From Spirogloea muscicola (lineage: Eukaryota), in NCBI GenBank assembly GCA_009602725.1, contig WELB01000010.1, forward strand, positions 818,965 to 882,964: 64,000 bases of DNA, in the 5' to 3' direction. Each line of letters begins with the position of its first letter. Within the stretch, counting starts at the first letter, position 1. Both the position numbers and the translations under genes were made by a program. Below are positions 51,860-63,215 of this stretch, in pieces. Under the pieces are notes generated by a model. It was not told where the DNA came from and ran no database searches. It saw only the letters and a list, made by a program, of their open reading frames with translations.

Positions 51860-53322
51860 TTTGTGCTTGCCTTTGTACTAGGCCACTCAGGCCCTCTACC
51901 AATCAATGCACACTCCCCCGTTATCAACATGCTTGCCTTTGAACTTGGCCACGCAGGCCCTCCATCTCTTAATGCACACCAGATTCTGTATGCACCTGGC
52001 TGGCTTTTGCAGCCGTTCTTTTTATATCGGCAGCCGCATTCCTCAGGAAGAAAGGGCAAGGGAGAAGCCGCGCGGTGCGCATGGGATGGAAGGGTGGCCA
52101 CTTCAAGCCAATACGTTGTTCAGGCAAAGGCTAGTAAACAAACAGTGGGGCTACATGAACTGAAGCCATATGCGGGAAGGCGCGCGGTTCGCATGACTTG
52201 AGAGGGAGACCTAAGCAAGCCAGTAGTATCGCTCGCACGAGTGGAGCCGGACCTTGTTCATTCGTTATGGGCTCTCCTCTTACAGCGATCGCCTTACTTT
52301 GACAGAGCTGTTTATTCCCACTTGAGGCGCAGACGGCGTGGGGAAGCGGCGTCGGCGCTACCCCGCTCGTTCTTATACCCCACTTGAGCACATCGGAAGT
52401 CTAGGATATGTACGATGCGAGGATATGCCTCTAGCCGAGATGGGCATGCCGACAGCCTATTTGTCATCTTGCGACGTCATGTGTCAGCCTGTTTGCAGCG
52501 AGCTCAGGCTCATGCTTTGCAACAGAAAGCTGGTCGAGCCTTAGCTGGTGGCACAAGGGCTTGTCAGTTGCCGTCCGGTATTCGTGCATAATTGAGCGAT
52601 CTGATGTGCTGACTCGTGCTTACTGAGCGGGTCAGCATTAGCAGCAGGTGATGTAGATCTGTCGATGTGCTCGCCATTGTACTTAGCCGCTCAGGCGAAA
52701 ATTACGTGTATTTGACACAAACGAAGGCCAAATGGCCAAGTACAAAGGCAAGCACATCACGCACATGACCTACAGCAGATTGACCCGCTCAGTAACCACG
52801 GGTCAATACATAAAGGTCGCTAATTGATGCCTGAATACTAGATGGCAGATACGAAGCCCTTCTGCTACCAACTAGAGCTCGCCCAGCTTTCTGGTGCAAA
52901 GCATTAGCCTGAGCACGCTGCAAACAGGCCGAAACTCGTCGTTGCAAGAACGACAGATATGCAGCTGGGCAAGCCCACTCAGGCCCTCCATTACACAACC
53001 ATTCTTTGGAAGAAATATTACACAGCTAGACACAAGACGACGCAACGGGAAACTCAGTAACCCCTGCTAAGCAGCCGCAGGTCGGAGAAAATGGGCTCCT
53101 GGTAGCGGGTCCCCAGGTCAGAGCCAGAGGCCGCAGCGAGGGCACGACCGGCAATTTCTTCTTCTCCGAAGAGAAGGTGCGCTTTGCGCATGAATCGAGA
53201 GGGAGGACCAAAGCAAGCCAGGACGTGCAGCTGGTAAATTGCACTAGCATTTGTTTGAGCAATGTAGTGGCTTGAAGTGGCCACCCTTCGACTTCATGCG
53301 CATCGCGCGCCTTCTCTCATCT
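51860..53322. mobile_element. CRE-like 3' fragments in the SPCS2/NDUFA5 divergent promoter region, including a tail-to-tail pair (52250-52697 +, 52702-52970 -)
   Basis: LQRAQANALHQKAGRAL..SDLYVLTRGY* (-) and SDLRLLSRGY* (-). The + copy matches 34330-34625. Confidence 0.8.
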
Positions 53323-53427
53323 CCGTGGTGCTGAATCGGTACACCACCACCGTCGGCTCCTGTTCCCTCCCGCACCACTCAGTCCGCACGGCTTGCCAAG
53401 CGGAGGCGCATCGATAGCCCTGCGGCA

Positions 53428-53462
<35 letters not shown>

Positions 53463-53592
53463 ACCTCATCTGGGTGGGTGGAGCTCCGTCAGCGCGTCAC
53501 CGTACCGGCTCTACCTTAGCGCCTGCGCTCGCTTGGCAGCAGGAAGAGACGGGCCGGCTGGCCGCGGCGTACATCCCCGCCCGTCGCGCGCC

Positions 53593-54426
53593 ATGTTCCT
53601 GCGGCGGCTGGCGGGCCCGCTGCTGGCGGCCGCCGGCGGCCGCCTCAAGGAGACGACGGGCATCGCGGGGCTGGAGGTGGTGCCAGACGCGCGCGAGAAG
53701 CTCATCGCGCTCTACCGCCAGACGCTGGCGGCGGTGGAGGCCATCCCGTCGGCGGCGGCGTACCGCCGCAACGTGGAGAAGATCGCGCAGCACCGCCTGC
53801 GCGTCTGCGAGGAGGAGCCCGAGTGGGAGGTCATCGAGCGCCGCATCGCCTGCGGCCAGGTGGAGGAGCTCCTGGCGCAGGCCACCGACGAGCTTCAGCT
53901 CATCCCCAAGATGGCCGGTGAGCCCTCCGCAGCCTGGCGGCGTTATCGAGCCCTGGTGCGGCGAGCCGCGTGCTTCGAGAGTCGTGACGCAACCTGTCCA
54001 GACGGCTGAGCTGGCCTTCAGGCTTTGGCCACCACCCATTCTCTCGGGCGAGCCAAATGCAAGTTGCAGCACTTGAGAGAGGTAGTGCTTCCTGACCAAA
54101 AACTTAGGACACCATCCAGGATTGAACCCACGCTACAAGCAATGCGTACAAGTGTTTAAGATGACTATGAAGGCTGGCTTTTGAAAAGTGAGGCCTTGCG
54201 CACGTCCCATTGCTCGGCAGGAAGGACGAACCTGCTGGGGTCAACGGCTGCACCGTGGTCTTGACTTATGACAAAGTACTGCAACCTGCTATCTGATCAC
54301 GTTGTTCCCTCCTGAGCTGTGCATGCAGAGTGGAAGCCCTGGGAGGTTCCTGAAGGGCACAAGGTTGAGCTGGTGGTGGATGACGACCACGTCCCAGCGC
54401 ACCTGCCGATCCACAGAAACTCCTAG
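53593..54426 (+). CDS. NDUFA5: Complex I subunit NDUFA5/B13 (exons 53593-53917, 54329-54426)
   Basis: KETTGIAGLEVVPDAREKL, YRRNVE, CGQVEEL and EWKPWEVP. Confidence 0.93.
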
Positions 54427-54900
54427 GCATTCCTGCCGGACATTTGGCACATGCAGCGACTCAAATGCTGGTCTGCAAGGCGGGCTGCATGCTGTCAGAC
54501 TTGAAGAGCTGAGCTTCTGCAAAGCGAGAGTAGCAGACAGCTTAGAAGTGATTGGAGGTGCACTAGACTATGGACTTGGAAGTCAGCCTGGGGCAACCCA
54601 GTTGAGTGACTACATTCTTATATGAAGCTGGTCAAGCAGCAATGGGCAACACAAGTAGGCCAGTAACTTCAGCCAGGGCCTCAATATAAGGTCCTTGTTC
54701 TTTACACTCTGACCAAACGCTAACAGGTTTGCCAATCTCTCCATCAAACTCCGTCAAGTGACCACCCTCGCAAGTGCAGCTTCTGGAGGTTTAACAGGTA
54801 GGATTTGGAGGTGCTGTCTATTCAAAGCACCTGGATCAGGATTTGTGGAAGCAAGCTCCTGCCATGAAAGCTTTTTTGTACCAGAGAATCTGGGCCTTCT

Positions 54901-57469
54901 TCAGTCGCTGCCATCGCTCATGTACCTCTCCTGGATAGCGCCAGTTGTAAATCTGCGAGTCAAGTTGAACTGCACAAAGTGCTGGCAAATTCTGAAGAGC
55001 TGTGACAATGCTTTGCAGCCGCAAGTGGCATGCATGATTGTTAACAGGTCACAAGCAACCTTTCTTGCGTGTATCCTTAGATTTGAGATTGCAGGAACTG
55101 CGCTTTGAGAGGATATCGGTTGTACTCCCAGTCTAAAGGGCCTGCAGCAATTTTGCTATATTCCTTCATGCTGCCCTCAATGCCCCCAAATACGTAACCA
55201 TTGCTCTTATCAATCACTTTCAACAAGTTGTAGACGCTCTCCTTATCCTGTCCAAGACCCTCAAGTGGTGAGTTGTAGATGCTCACTGAATCTGACATTT
55301 GTTATCAAGATAGTATAATTGCAGCAAAACAACTGGGCCCAGGCCCTTCTGAAGTACATATGCCAAGAAGTACTGGATCTGATGCCTCAGCGGCGGAGCA
55401 ACATGAGCACATAAAGCTGTCGAGCATTCCTTATGCCGGTTGCATTTATTCTTGGCTAGTAGCAATTCCAAATACCTGAATGTCAAGCGTACTGAAACTG
55501 ACAAGAGCGAAGTCCTCCACAATATCGCACAGGGCAGCAGTGAGCTTCCTGTCGAAGTTGTCAGTAGAGGTGTCACCACAGCTGGAAATAAATTCACAGT
55601 CTGGTCTGCTCAATGTAATGCCCAGCATTTACTGGATGTGCAAGCTGCATCATAGGTCTCATTGTAGTGTTGGTTTTGTGCATGGCGGTTGCCAGGGCTT
55701 GTGATGCTCTTCTCATTTACAAATCACAGAGCACAATGCATGAGGGACGCAAGTTCTTTGATACTGGCTACCTGTATCTCTTTGCTCCTGGAGTCTTGTC
55801 CAAGTGGTGTTGTAAGTAGCTGAGATCTTGAACATCCATATAGTAGTCCAAATTGAAGTCTGCCAGAAAAGCGTATGTACTCGACATGCTTCACTTGCTG
55901 TGCAACTGAGGAATACTTCACCTCATTCTTAGACTAATACCAAGCTAAATTGGTGGTGCTTTGTTGAGACTCTACTTACCAAGTTTTCCATACTGTTCAA
56001 TGAGGTCTATCTTTGAAAGGACGTTGACATGGGGTAGTTCCAAGTGAAGCATGGTACTGAGGGACAAGAGCAGAGCACCCACATACTTCCCTGCGTCGCT
56101 GCATAGGTGTGCATCAAGTAGGTGAACTGCGGTGAGCTGTGAGCTCCACAAGCCAACCACGGCAGAGTCAAATTACAGGACAGCTGCCGGAAAGGACATT
56201 AGCATACCTATCCAGATTGCAGCTTCTTAAGATTCTCAAGCACGACTATTTCAGTCAAGCTGCCAAAAGACAAACATTTCCTTTCGTTTTTCATATTCAA
56301 GAGCTGGATCGCTTTTAATGTTACCCGGTAATCAAGTTTGTTTCTCAAAAGCTCGATGACATTTTTGATGCTGCTATGAAGCGTGAAGAGCTCCACTTGA
56401 CCAGGAAGGTCAAAGATGAAATAGTGGTCTGGCATGCAGGAATTGCTCATTAGTAGCTGTACCTGAGCTCTGTCCTGCGTGGTGTTTCTCAAGCATGCAG
56501 TGCTAACTTGACAGGCAGTGCTGCAGTGAGATTTGTATGTTTCAGTTGGTAATAGTCTTTGAAGTACCTATCTGCAAGGGGCCCAGCTTCGTGACTAGCC
56601 AGTCAACGTTCTTATTAAGGTAGTCCATGCAGTAGACAAGACCTGTTAGACAACAGCTACTCGAAGTTATTGCTGCTGTCTACGAATCCAGCTTGAGATT
56701 GAAAGGAGAAGCAGAAAAGCTTGAAGCAGCTCCATGATATGGCTGGCCCTCCTGACAGATGCAGGAGTCGAGTACGTCCTGGCACTGCCGGCAGGCCAGA
56801 AGGTATGACAAGCTTTACTACCTCCATTTGGTCCAAGGTGATGCTCGATCATTACGTCTTCGAGGTTGACCAGCTCCTTGATGTTGACAGCACAGTCGTA
56901 TCTTCATCAAGTCAAGTCCTAGACTGCATACATACATTGTTGCCACTGGACAAGAGAACATGTATCTTGCTACTGCAAGCACTCTTTCAAAATTGTCGCT
57001 CATTTGACCAGTAATTGCTTCAGAGAGACGAAAGGAGTGACAGGCTCAGAGAATTGGTTCCAAAAGATTGCTATATCCTGAACGTGTTCTGTTGGCGCAA
57101 CAGCAGTGTTGGATACGGGAGGGCATCATTAGCCGGGTCCAGATTCACAACTGCAACCTTTCTGTTTGCTCATACATTGAGTAAGGGTCAGACAAAGCGG
57201 CTGACCATTCACATAAAGGAAGCAGCAGGCAGAAGTGCATGGATGCAATGGCGTCTGCAATCAAGGCAGAGGAAATTGAGGCAGTGTTCGTGGAACCTAA
57301 GAAAGAAAGAGCATGATGTAATGTCACAGCCTCATGTGATACGTTGCAATCGCGGAAGCAAGAGGGGCAGCCTCTACCTGCCAAGGAGTTGGAGAAGCTG
57401 CTGCATCCCATTGCAGTATGTGGTCTTCCCTGACCCTGGCGGCCCGAGGACGAGCTGAGCAAATGGCAT
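54901..57469 (-). CDS. GPN2: GPN-loop GTPase 2 (plant QQT1), multi-exon with two U12 introns
   Basis: [51 protein letters not shown] and IDKSNGYVF. Confidence 0.93.
54947..55116 (-). other. U12-type AT-AC intron in GPN2
   Basis: Donor /ATATCCTC, branch ACTTGAC, acceptor TTAC/. Splicing yields [11 protein letters not shown] in frame. Confidence 0.8.
56902..57116 (-). other. Probable U12-type GT-AG intron in GPN2
   Basis: Donor /GTATCCAA, branch ACTTGAC 9 nt from the end, GAAG/ acceptor without a polypyrimidine tract. Splicing yields ALP-YDC in frame. Confidence 0.7.
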
Positions 57470-57782
57470 GCCTGTTCCTCTTTCCACCACTGACTAGCAG
57501 AGCACGCTGGACAGGGACGGAGCGTGTCCACCAGAAGCCCACGGCACGCCCAGACAACCATCTCAACCGAATCCCGCCATGTTGTGCAGAAGCCACTGGC
57601 AGCGCGGAGGCGGTAGCTACACTGAGGAGGTGATGCGGACGAGGCTCGCGCCTGGCGCGCGGGCGGAGGCTGCGGGCAGGCTCGAGCACGGCGCCGCACC
57701 GCAGCGACTGTTGCGACGGAAGCCTTGTCTGGTGGCACTTCGCCTTGTTCAGTCTTTTGTCGCTTGTCAGATATGCATGTGC

Positions 57783-58860
57783 TCACTCGGGGATATTAGT
57801 GTCCCCCTTAGCCAGCTCATTACCCAGTTAACAAATCATTTGTAAGGCTTGAATTGGCCTCCCTTTCAATTTCATGCGCACCGCGCGCCTTCTCTCTCTT
57901 AGTGGGCTGGCTTTTCACAGCCCTCCTCGCCACCTTCAATTTTCAGGAGAGCTGCTTTCTTCACCCGTGACTACTATTCATTCTTTCTTCTGGGCAGGCC
58001 AACCGCAGCCATCGCCCTCTACTGGAAGAGTCCATCCTGCGGAAGGAGGAAAGGCGGAACCAATGCTGAAGAGCTCTTCCACATTGGAAGCGGGAAGGCG
58101 CGCGGAGCGCATGAATTGAAAGTGAGGCCAATTTAAGCCAACACGTGTTCTGGCAGAATCTAGTGCAAAATACAAGGCTACTTAAAACAGAGCCCTATGC
58201 TAAGGTTCCTAAGGTAACAGGGTGACATTAGTATCTAAAGGAAGGGAAGTAGGATAGCAAGCTCATATAAAGGCCTTACGGCTCCTTCGTCGTTTGGCCC
58301 CTTCGAACCTTGTCACCTCTTTCCGCGCATTTGCTGCTGCCTCCGGATTTCGTCAGGGCGACATCGATCCGCCTGCAAGTTACTCTGACTTGCACTCACT
58401 AACTCGCGGTCACTAGGAGCCCACTTGCTGCCGGCTTAGCAATTAGTATCTTGCTTTTTGCGCCATCCGGCCCCTCCAGACCTTGTCCATTTTTTGGGGC
58501 TGGCCTCTCACAGCCACCAGTCAATTTGGAAGCGCTGTTTCTGTTTTCGGGCTGGCTTATCACAGCCCTTGCCCCGATTGAGAGAGCCACTTTCTCTTAC
58601 AGCTCTTCGCCCCCTTTGGAGTTGCTTACATCTTACAACCATCGCCTTGACAAAGCTGTTCTCAATTGAGGAAGTGAGAAGGTAACAGCTCGTTCGAGTC
58701 TAAGGCAATGGCTGTGAGAGGCCAGCCAACAGGAACATGCATACAAGAGAAGGCGCGCGGAGCACATGAAATGAAAAGAGGAAACGAGAAAAGAGAGGCC
58801 TTGACCGCGAAGACCCAGCCGGAGAAGAGGAAGTGGACTGGAGGCGGCCGCCAAGAATCT
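57783..58860. mobile_element. Cluster of retroelement 3' fragments upstream of GPN2
   Basis: 57775-57897 matches 29885-30006. Hairpins at 57904, 58497, 58548 and 58709. Confidence 0.75.
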
Positions 58861-58875
58861 GTTGGAACGACGAAA

Positions 58876-61800
58876 AAGGGAGGGCTCGCCCATAGAAAAA
58901 GAGGGGCTAGCAAAGCCAGCCCACAAATTAATTGGACATTGTCCGCCGGCCTCAAAGGGCCACAAAACAGTGCCAGGAAAGACAAAACTACACACCAAGA
59001 CACGAAATGATGCAGATGGATGCTCAATAACCACGAGTGAGCAACAGCAAATCAGAATAACTCGAAGCAGGAAAAGCGGAACTCTGCCGAGACCCTGAGG
59101 CAGCAGCCATAGCGCGGCCAGCGCGCGTGTGGACCGCATGAGCCTGAGAGCGCTGGAGCGAGACCGCCAGTCGCATTCGAAAGACCTGAGCGAGGGAGCC
59201 AGCAGCATTCAAGCCTGGCGAACCCGGCCGCCGCTCGATGGCCCGCCGGGCAAGCTGCTGGAGGAGATCCAGCCAGCCACTGCCGAAGGCCCGTGAACGT
59301 CAATGGCCAGGGCCGCAAAGGCATCGCCTGGAGGGTGGTCAGCGTACTTGCGCTCCTTACTCCGAGCCGCCAAAGCGACCGCGTGCCCGGCGAGCGTCGC
59401 CGACTTTGCGGGGTTGGCGGAGTCGACGCAATCTGCAGTCACCACATCTGCGATGATACGCGGACCTCCTCCGGGCGGGATGGCAACTAGGTCAGCGCGG
59501 CGGGTGTGAAGCTGTCCGTCGGCGCCCCCCTGGATGGGCATGATTGTCGTATTTTCCGATGCCACGTGGTAGCCGGCCTCCAGGAACACATCCTGCATGG
59601 CGTCTTGCAGAAGGTCGTGTGAACCGGTCCGCTCGCCCCCGTGCGCACAGCGGAACATGTAGGCAGCAGCGCCGCAGGGTCATCGTGGTGGGCACCGCAC
59701 TCGCACTGTTAGATCCCGACGAGGCAGGGAGGGAGGAGGCCCAGAAGCCGGTGGACCGCCGTTTTTAAAACCTCGTCTGGCATTGTCAGCGCCGCGTAGA
59801 GTGGGAGCGCTGACAACCACGCCGCCGCCCCGGGGGAGGAGGCGGAGAGGATCCGGGCGCGCCCTTGAAGGTCGTGCGGCGGAAGGAGCTCCACCACCTG
59901 GTCATAGGCCGCTTTGTCCACCAGCGCAGTGAAGCGGGCCTGGGCCCGCAGGTCGGGGGTGTGTGCGAGGTGGCCAGACGGAACGACCTGCTTCGACCTG
60001 TCGGAGTGGGCCGCCAGGAGCCCGTCCCGGGCAGCTCGGAGAGCAGCCTGGAAGGGCAACGAGCCGCTCTCCACTTCAGCTACCACCCGCTCCAAGGCGC
60101 GGTTGCCGTGAGCTTGAAACCGCTGGCAGATGGGGGCGGCGACCTGGGCCCAGCTGCCCAGGTAGGCGGCCTCGCAGGCGCAGGCGACTGGGCGGCAGCC
60201 CAAACCGCCACGGCTAACGGGCAGGCTAGCCTGGAGCAGCGCGGCTGGCGTGGTGAGGAAGCCGGGGTGTTGGAGGAGAGTGGCAGCGCTCCCCAGAATG
60301 CCAGTGTCAAAAGCCTCGTACGCCGCATCACCGCCGGGGAGGGAGGGAGGACGCAAGCCAAGTAGTGCGGACGCTGGGCAATGCACCTGGTCAGCAAAGT
60401 GGTCGCCAGCTGCATGTCTTGCAGCGTGTGGAGACGGTCCGCCGGCCGGAGGTGCTCCAGCTGGGGAGCCTATGGGGGCGCCGAGGAGGTGAAGCCCCCG
60501 GCTGGTGTCTGGCAGCCCGGGGGCAGGCACAGGTGGGCTGGCAGGCCCTCGGGAGACCAAGCACTGCATTTGGCTGCGCAGATGCCCAGGCCGATCGCGC
60601 CCAGCAGCACTTCGAGGGTGGCAGAGGCTGCCACGACGTCGTCTGGCGGCCCCACCAGCGTGGTGTCGTCCGCATACGTGGGGGCGAGAACGCCAGGGTG
60701 AGCCGCGACCGTTGCCAGCAGCGCACGGTTGTGAGCGAGCGCGTAGTAGAGCCCCGCCAGCGGATCCCCGTGGCGCGAGCCTGTGGAGGAATGGAGGACC
60801 TGTGGAGGAATGAAGGACCTCCACCCCACCGTGCCCTGTCCGCCAAACAAGTCGCTTGGCTGTCCGTAGCCCAGCCTGAAGAAGGGTAGGAGGCTGGGGA
60901 AGGCCGCCCGCAGCTCCTCAGCGATGACATCCCGGTCTGCGCCGTTAAAAGCGTTCCGGACATCTACCGCCAAGGCCATCCATCCGGGGTTCAGGTCCAA
61001 GGCGGCCCGGATGCCGTGCACGACCACCTCACCGCCGCTCCGCAGCCCCCGCGCCGAACTGGTGGGGCGCCAGGTGTGCCTGGCCAGCCCTGCGTGTTGT
61101 TGCCATAGCGCGCGTCCCACCAGGCCGTAAAGCACTTGGCTAACGGCAATGGGCCGGACCCCCCCCCATTGGCCTTGCCGAGGGCCAGCAGCGTGCTGGA
61201 TGACGATGACGCCGCGAATGCTGGCCGGGACCTGGTCGCGAGCAAGGAGCTGGCACGCCTGGTGGAGTGCCTGGAAGTCACTTGGTTCTCCCTCCAGGAA
61301 GAGCTCACGGAGATGCTCAGTGAGCATGTGTGACGGGCCTCCAGCAGCTGCGCGGCGCCTGCTCTGTAGAGCCTGCCGAAGAGCGTCGGCCTCGAGGGCC
61401 ACCTCCTCCGGCGGTGCGAAGGTGGCCAGCCACGGAGGCAGGGGGGAGCGGGTCTCAGGGTGCAGGGACTCCAGGGCCGCCCGTGTGGCTGCGTTGGATG
61501 ACGCCAGCACCGAGTCATCCAGGACCTGGACTGCCCTGGACAACTTGCCCGCATGACCGGAGCGCAATGCCCGGCGGACGTTGGCGGCCCTGTCTGGCGC
61601 TGCCTGCACATCACCTCGGTTTGCTGCCAACGCCACCGCTGCATCGTGGCGCTCAAGAAGCTCCTCCCAATGCCCGCTCTCGAACAACTGGACGCGCTCC
61701 AAGAGGGGCTGCTGGCCCTGCCAGCGGCCGTCGTGGGGTGCGCGCCCGAGCAGCAGCCGGGGGAAGAGGGGAGACTGCTTCCAAGCCGCCTCGTCCCGGT

Positions 61801-63215
61801 GGTCCCTGACAATCCGCTGCATTGCCGGGCGGAGCACGCGGCGAATGTGCGGGCGCACCCAGCGGGGCACATGGCGGAGGAGCGGGAGGGCCGCCAGGCG
61901 GTGGATGGCAGCCAGGTCGAGGCCGGCCAGCCACTGCCAGTGTTGAGGCGTGGGAGGGGTTGGCGCGGGAGGGACAGGCCTGCCCGGTCTGCCCTGGCGG
62001 CCGCCCGCAGCCGCTGCGCTCCGCGCCTGCGCCGCGCGGTTGTTATTGTGCGCGCAGGCGCGCTCGTGGTTGACCCGGCCTGACCGCGTGGTGAAGGTCG
62101 TCTGGCAGTGCTGGCACAGCAGTGGGTCGGGCGTGCGAGGTGGGGGCGAGGGCGGTGGAGCTGGTGCGCTCGGTGCAGGCGGAGGCGGCGGTGGAGAGGG
62201 CGGCGCCGAGGGCGCCGACGGCGGGGAGGGCGGCTCGAGAGGCGGGATGGTGCATGGCTGGGAAGGCGGAAGCGCAGACGAGGGAAGCGGCGGCGAGGTC
62301 GAGGGGGGTGGCTGGCTCGGCGGAGGTGGACTCTGGGGTGGCGGTGGCGGCGGCGGCGGCGGCGGCGCCGGTGGTGACGGCGGCAGCGGCGGCGGCGACG
62401 GTGGTGGGGGCGGCGGCCCTGGGGCGGGAGACGATATATGCTCCTCCATGGTCTGCTCCTGAGGTGAGGCTGCCAGGACCGTGGTGATGGGGCCGCAAGC
62501 CGCGAGGGCCGCATCGGCTGGCTGGCACGGCGAAGGTAGACTATGGGGTGGCGGTGACGGCAACGGCGGGGGCGGAGGTGACGGCGGCGGCGGCGACGGC
62601 GGTGATGACGGCGGCCGGGCGGGAGGCGATATATGCTCCTCCGGGATCTGCTCCTGAGATGCGGCTGCCAGGACAGTGGCGGTGGGGTTGCGGGCTGCGG
62701 CGGCCGCAGCGGGCGTCGAGCCAGCGGGGCTGGGCCCCTTGCAGTAATTCCGGTGCGAGGAGACACCGCGGGAGTAGCGAAACCCCGCGGACAGGTTGGG
62801 CACGGCACGCGCGCGGCTCCGCAGGCGGGGAAGACGCCGGCGGGAGAGATGGGGGGGGGCGCAGGTGGGGGCAATGGCGCTGGGAGGGGGAAAGGCGGAG
62901 GAGGCGGCGGCGGAGGTGGCGTGGTGGCGGCATGGAAGGCGGAGAAGGCGAGGGACCGCTGCGCCCAAGCGAACTTGGCCGGGGGAAGTTCGGGACTCCG
63001 GCTCCGAAGGTGGCGCTGAGAACGCGCGGGTGGGGCGGCGGCGGGCGGCACGGCGGCGGCGGGAGCGACGGTGACAGCGAGGGCCGGCGCAGGGGCAGGG
63101 TCGGAAGGGGGCCTGCACGCCGCCGCGAACCCCATGGCGGGGCGCCGCCGGCGACGGTGCCGGCGGCGGCCCGGGGTTTAGGAGGGGTGGCGGCGGTGGC
63201 GGCGGCGCCCGCCAT
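58876..63215 (-). mobile_element. Near full-length, frameshifted CRE-like non-LTR retrotransposon (Pro-rich N-terminus, 2 zinc fingers, RT, CCHC, restriction-like endonuclease)
   Basis: Zinc fingers CPTCPRGF..SHRNYC (frameshifted) and CQHCQTTFTTRSGRVNHERAC. RT motifs AAGGPS, GVRPIAV, AVDVRNAFN, GSRHGDPL, YADD and LLGAPIG. Also LPVSRGGLG, GAAAWLSALP, RC..GGER..SHD, RRADLV..IIADV..KERKY, FAALAIDVHG and SDLLLLTRGY* (stop at 59024). Confidence 0.9.

Noticed and set aside
57904..57923. Hairpin as a histone mRNA 3' stem-loop
   Set aside because: The resemblance is superficial: the loop is 7-9 nt rather than 4 nt and no histone ORFs lie upstream.
58876..63215. Penelope-like or group II intron identity for the long RT element
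   Set aside because: The RT motifs plus C-terminal CCHC/RLE and N-terminal zinc fingers fit R2-group non-LTR elements. No GIY-YIG domain or intron domain V was seen.
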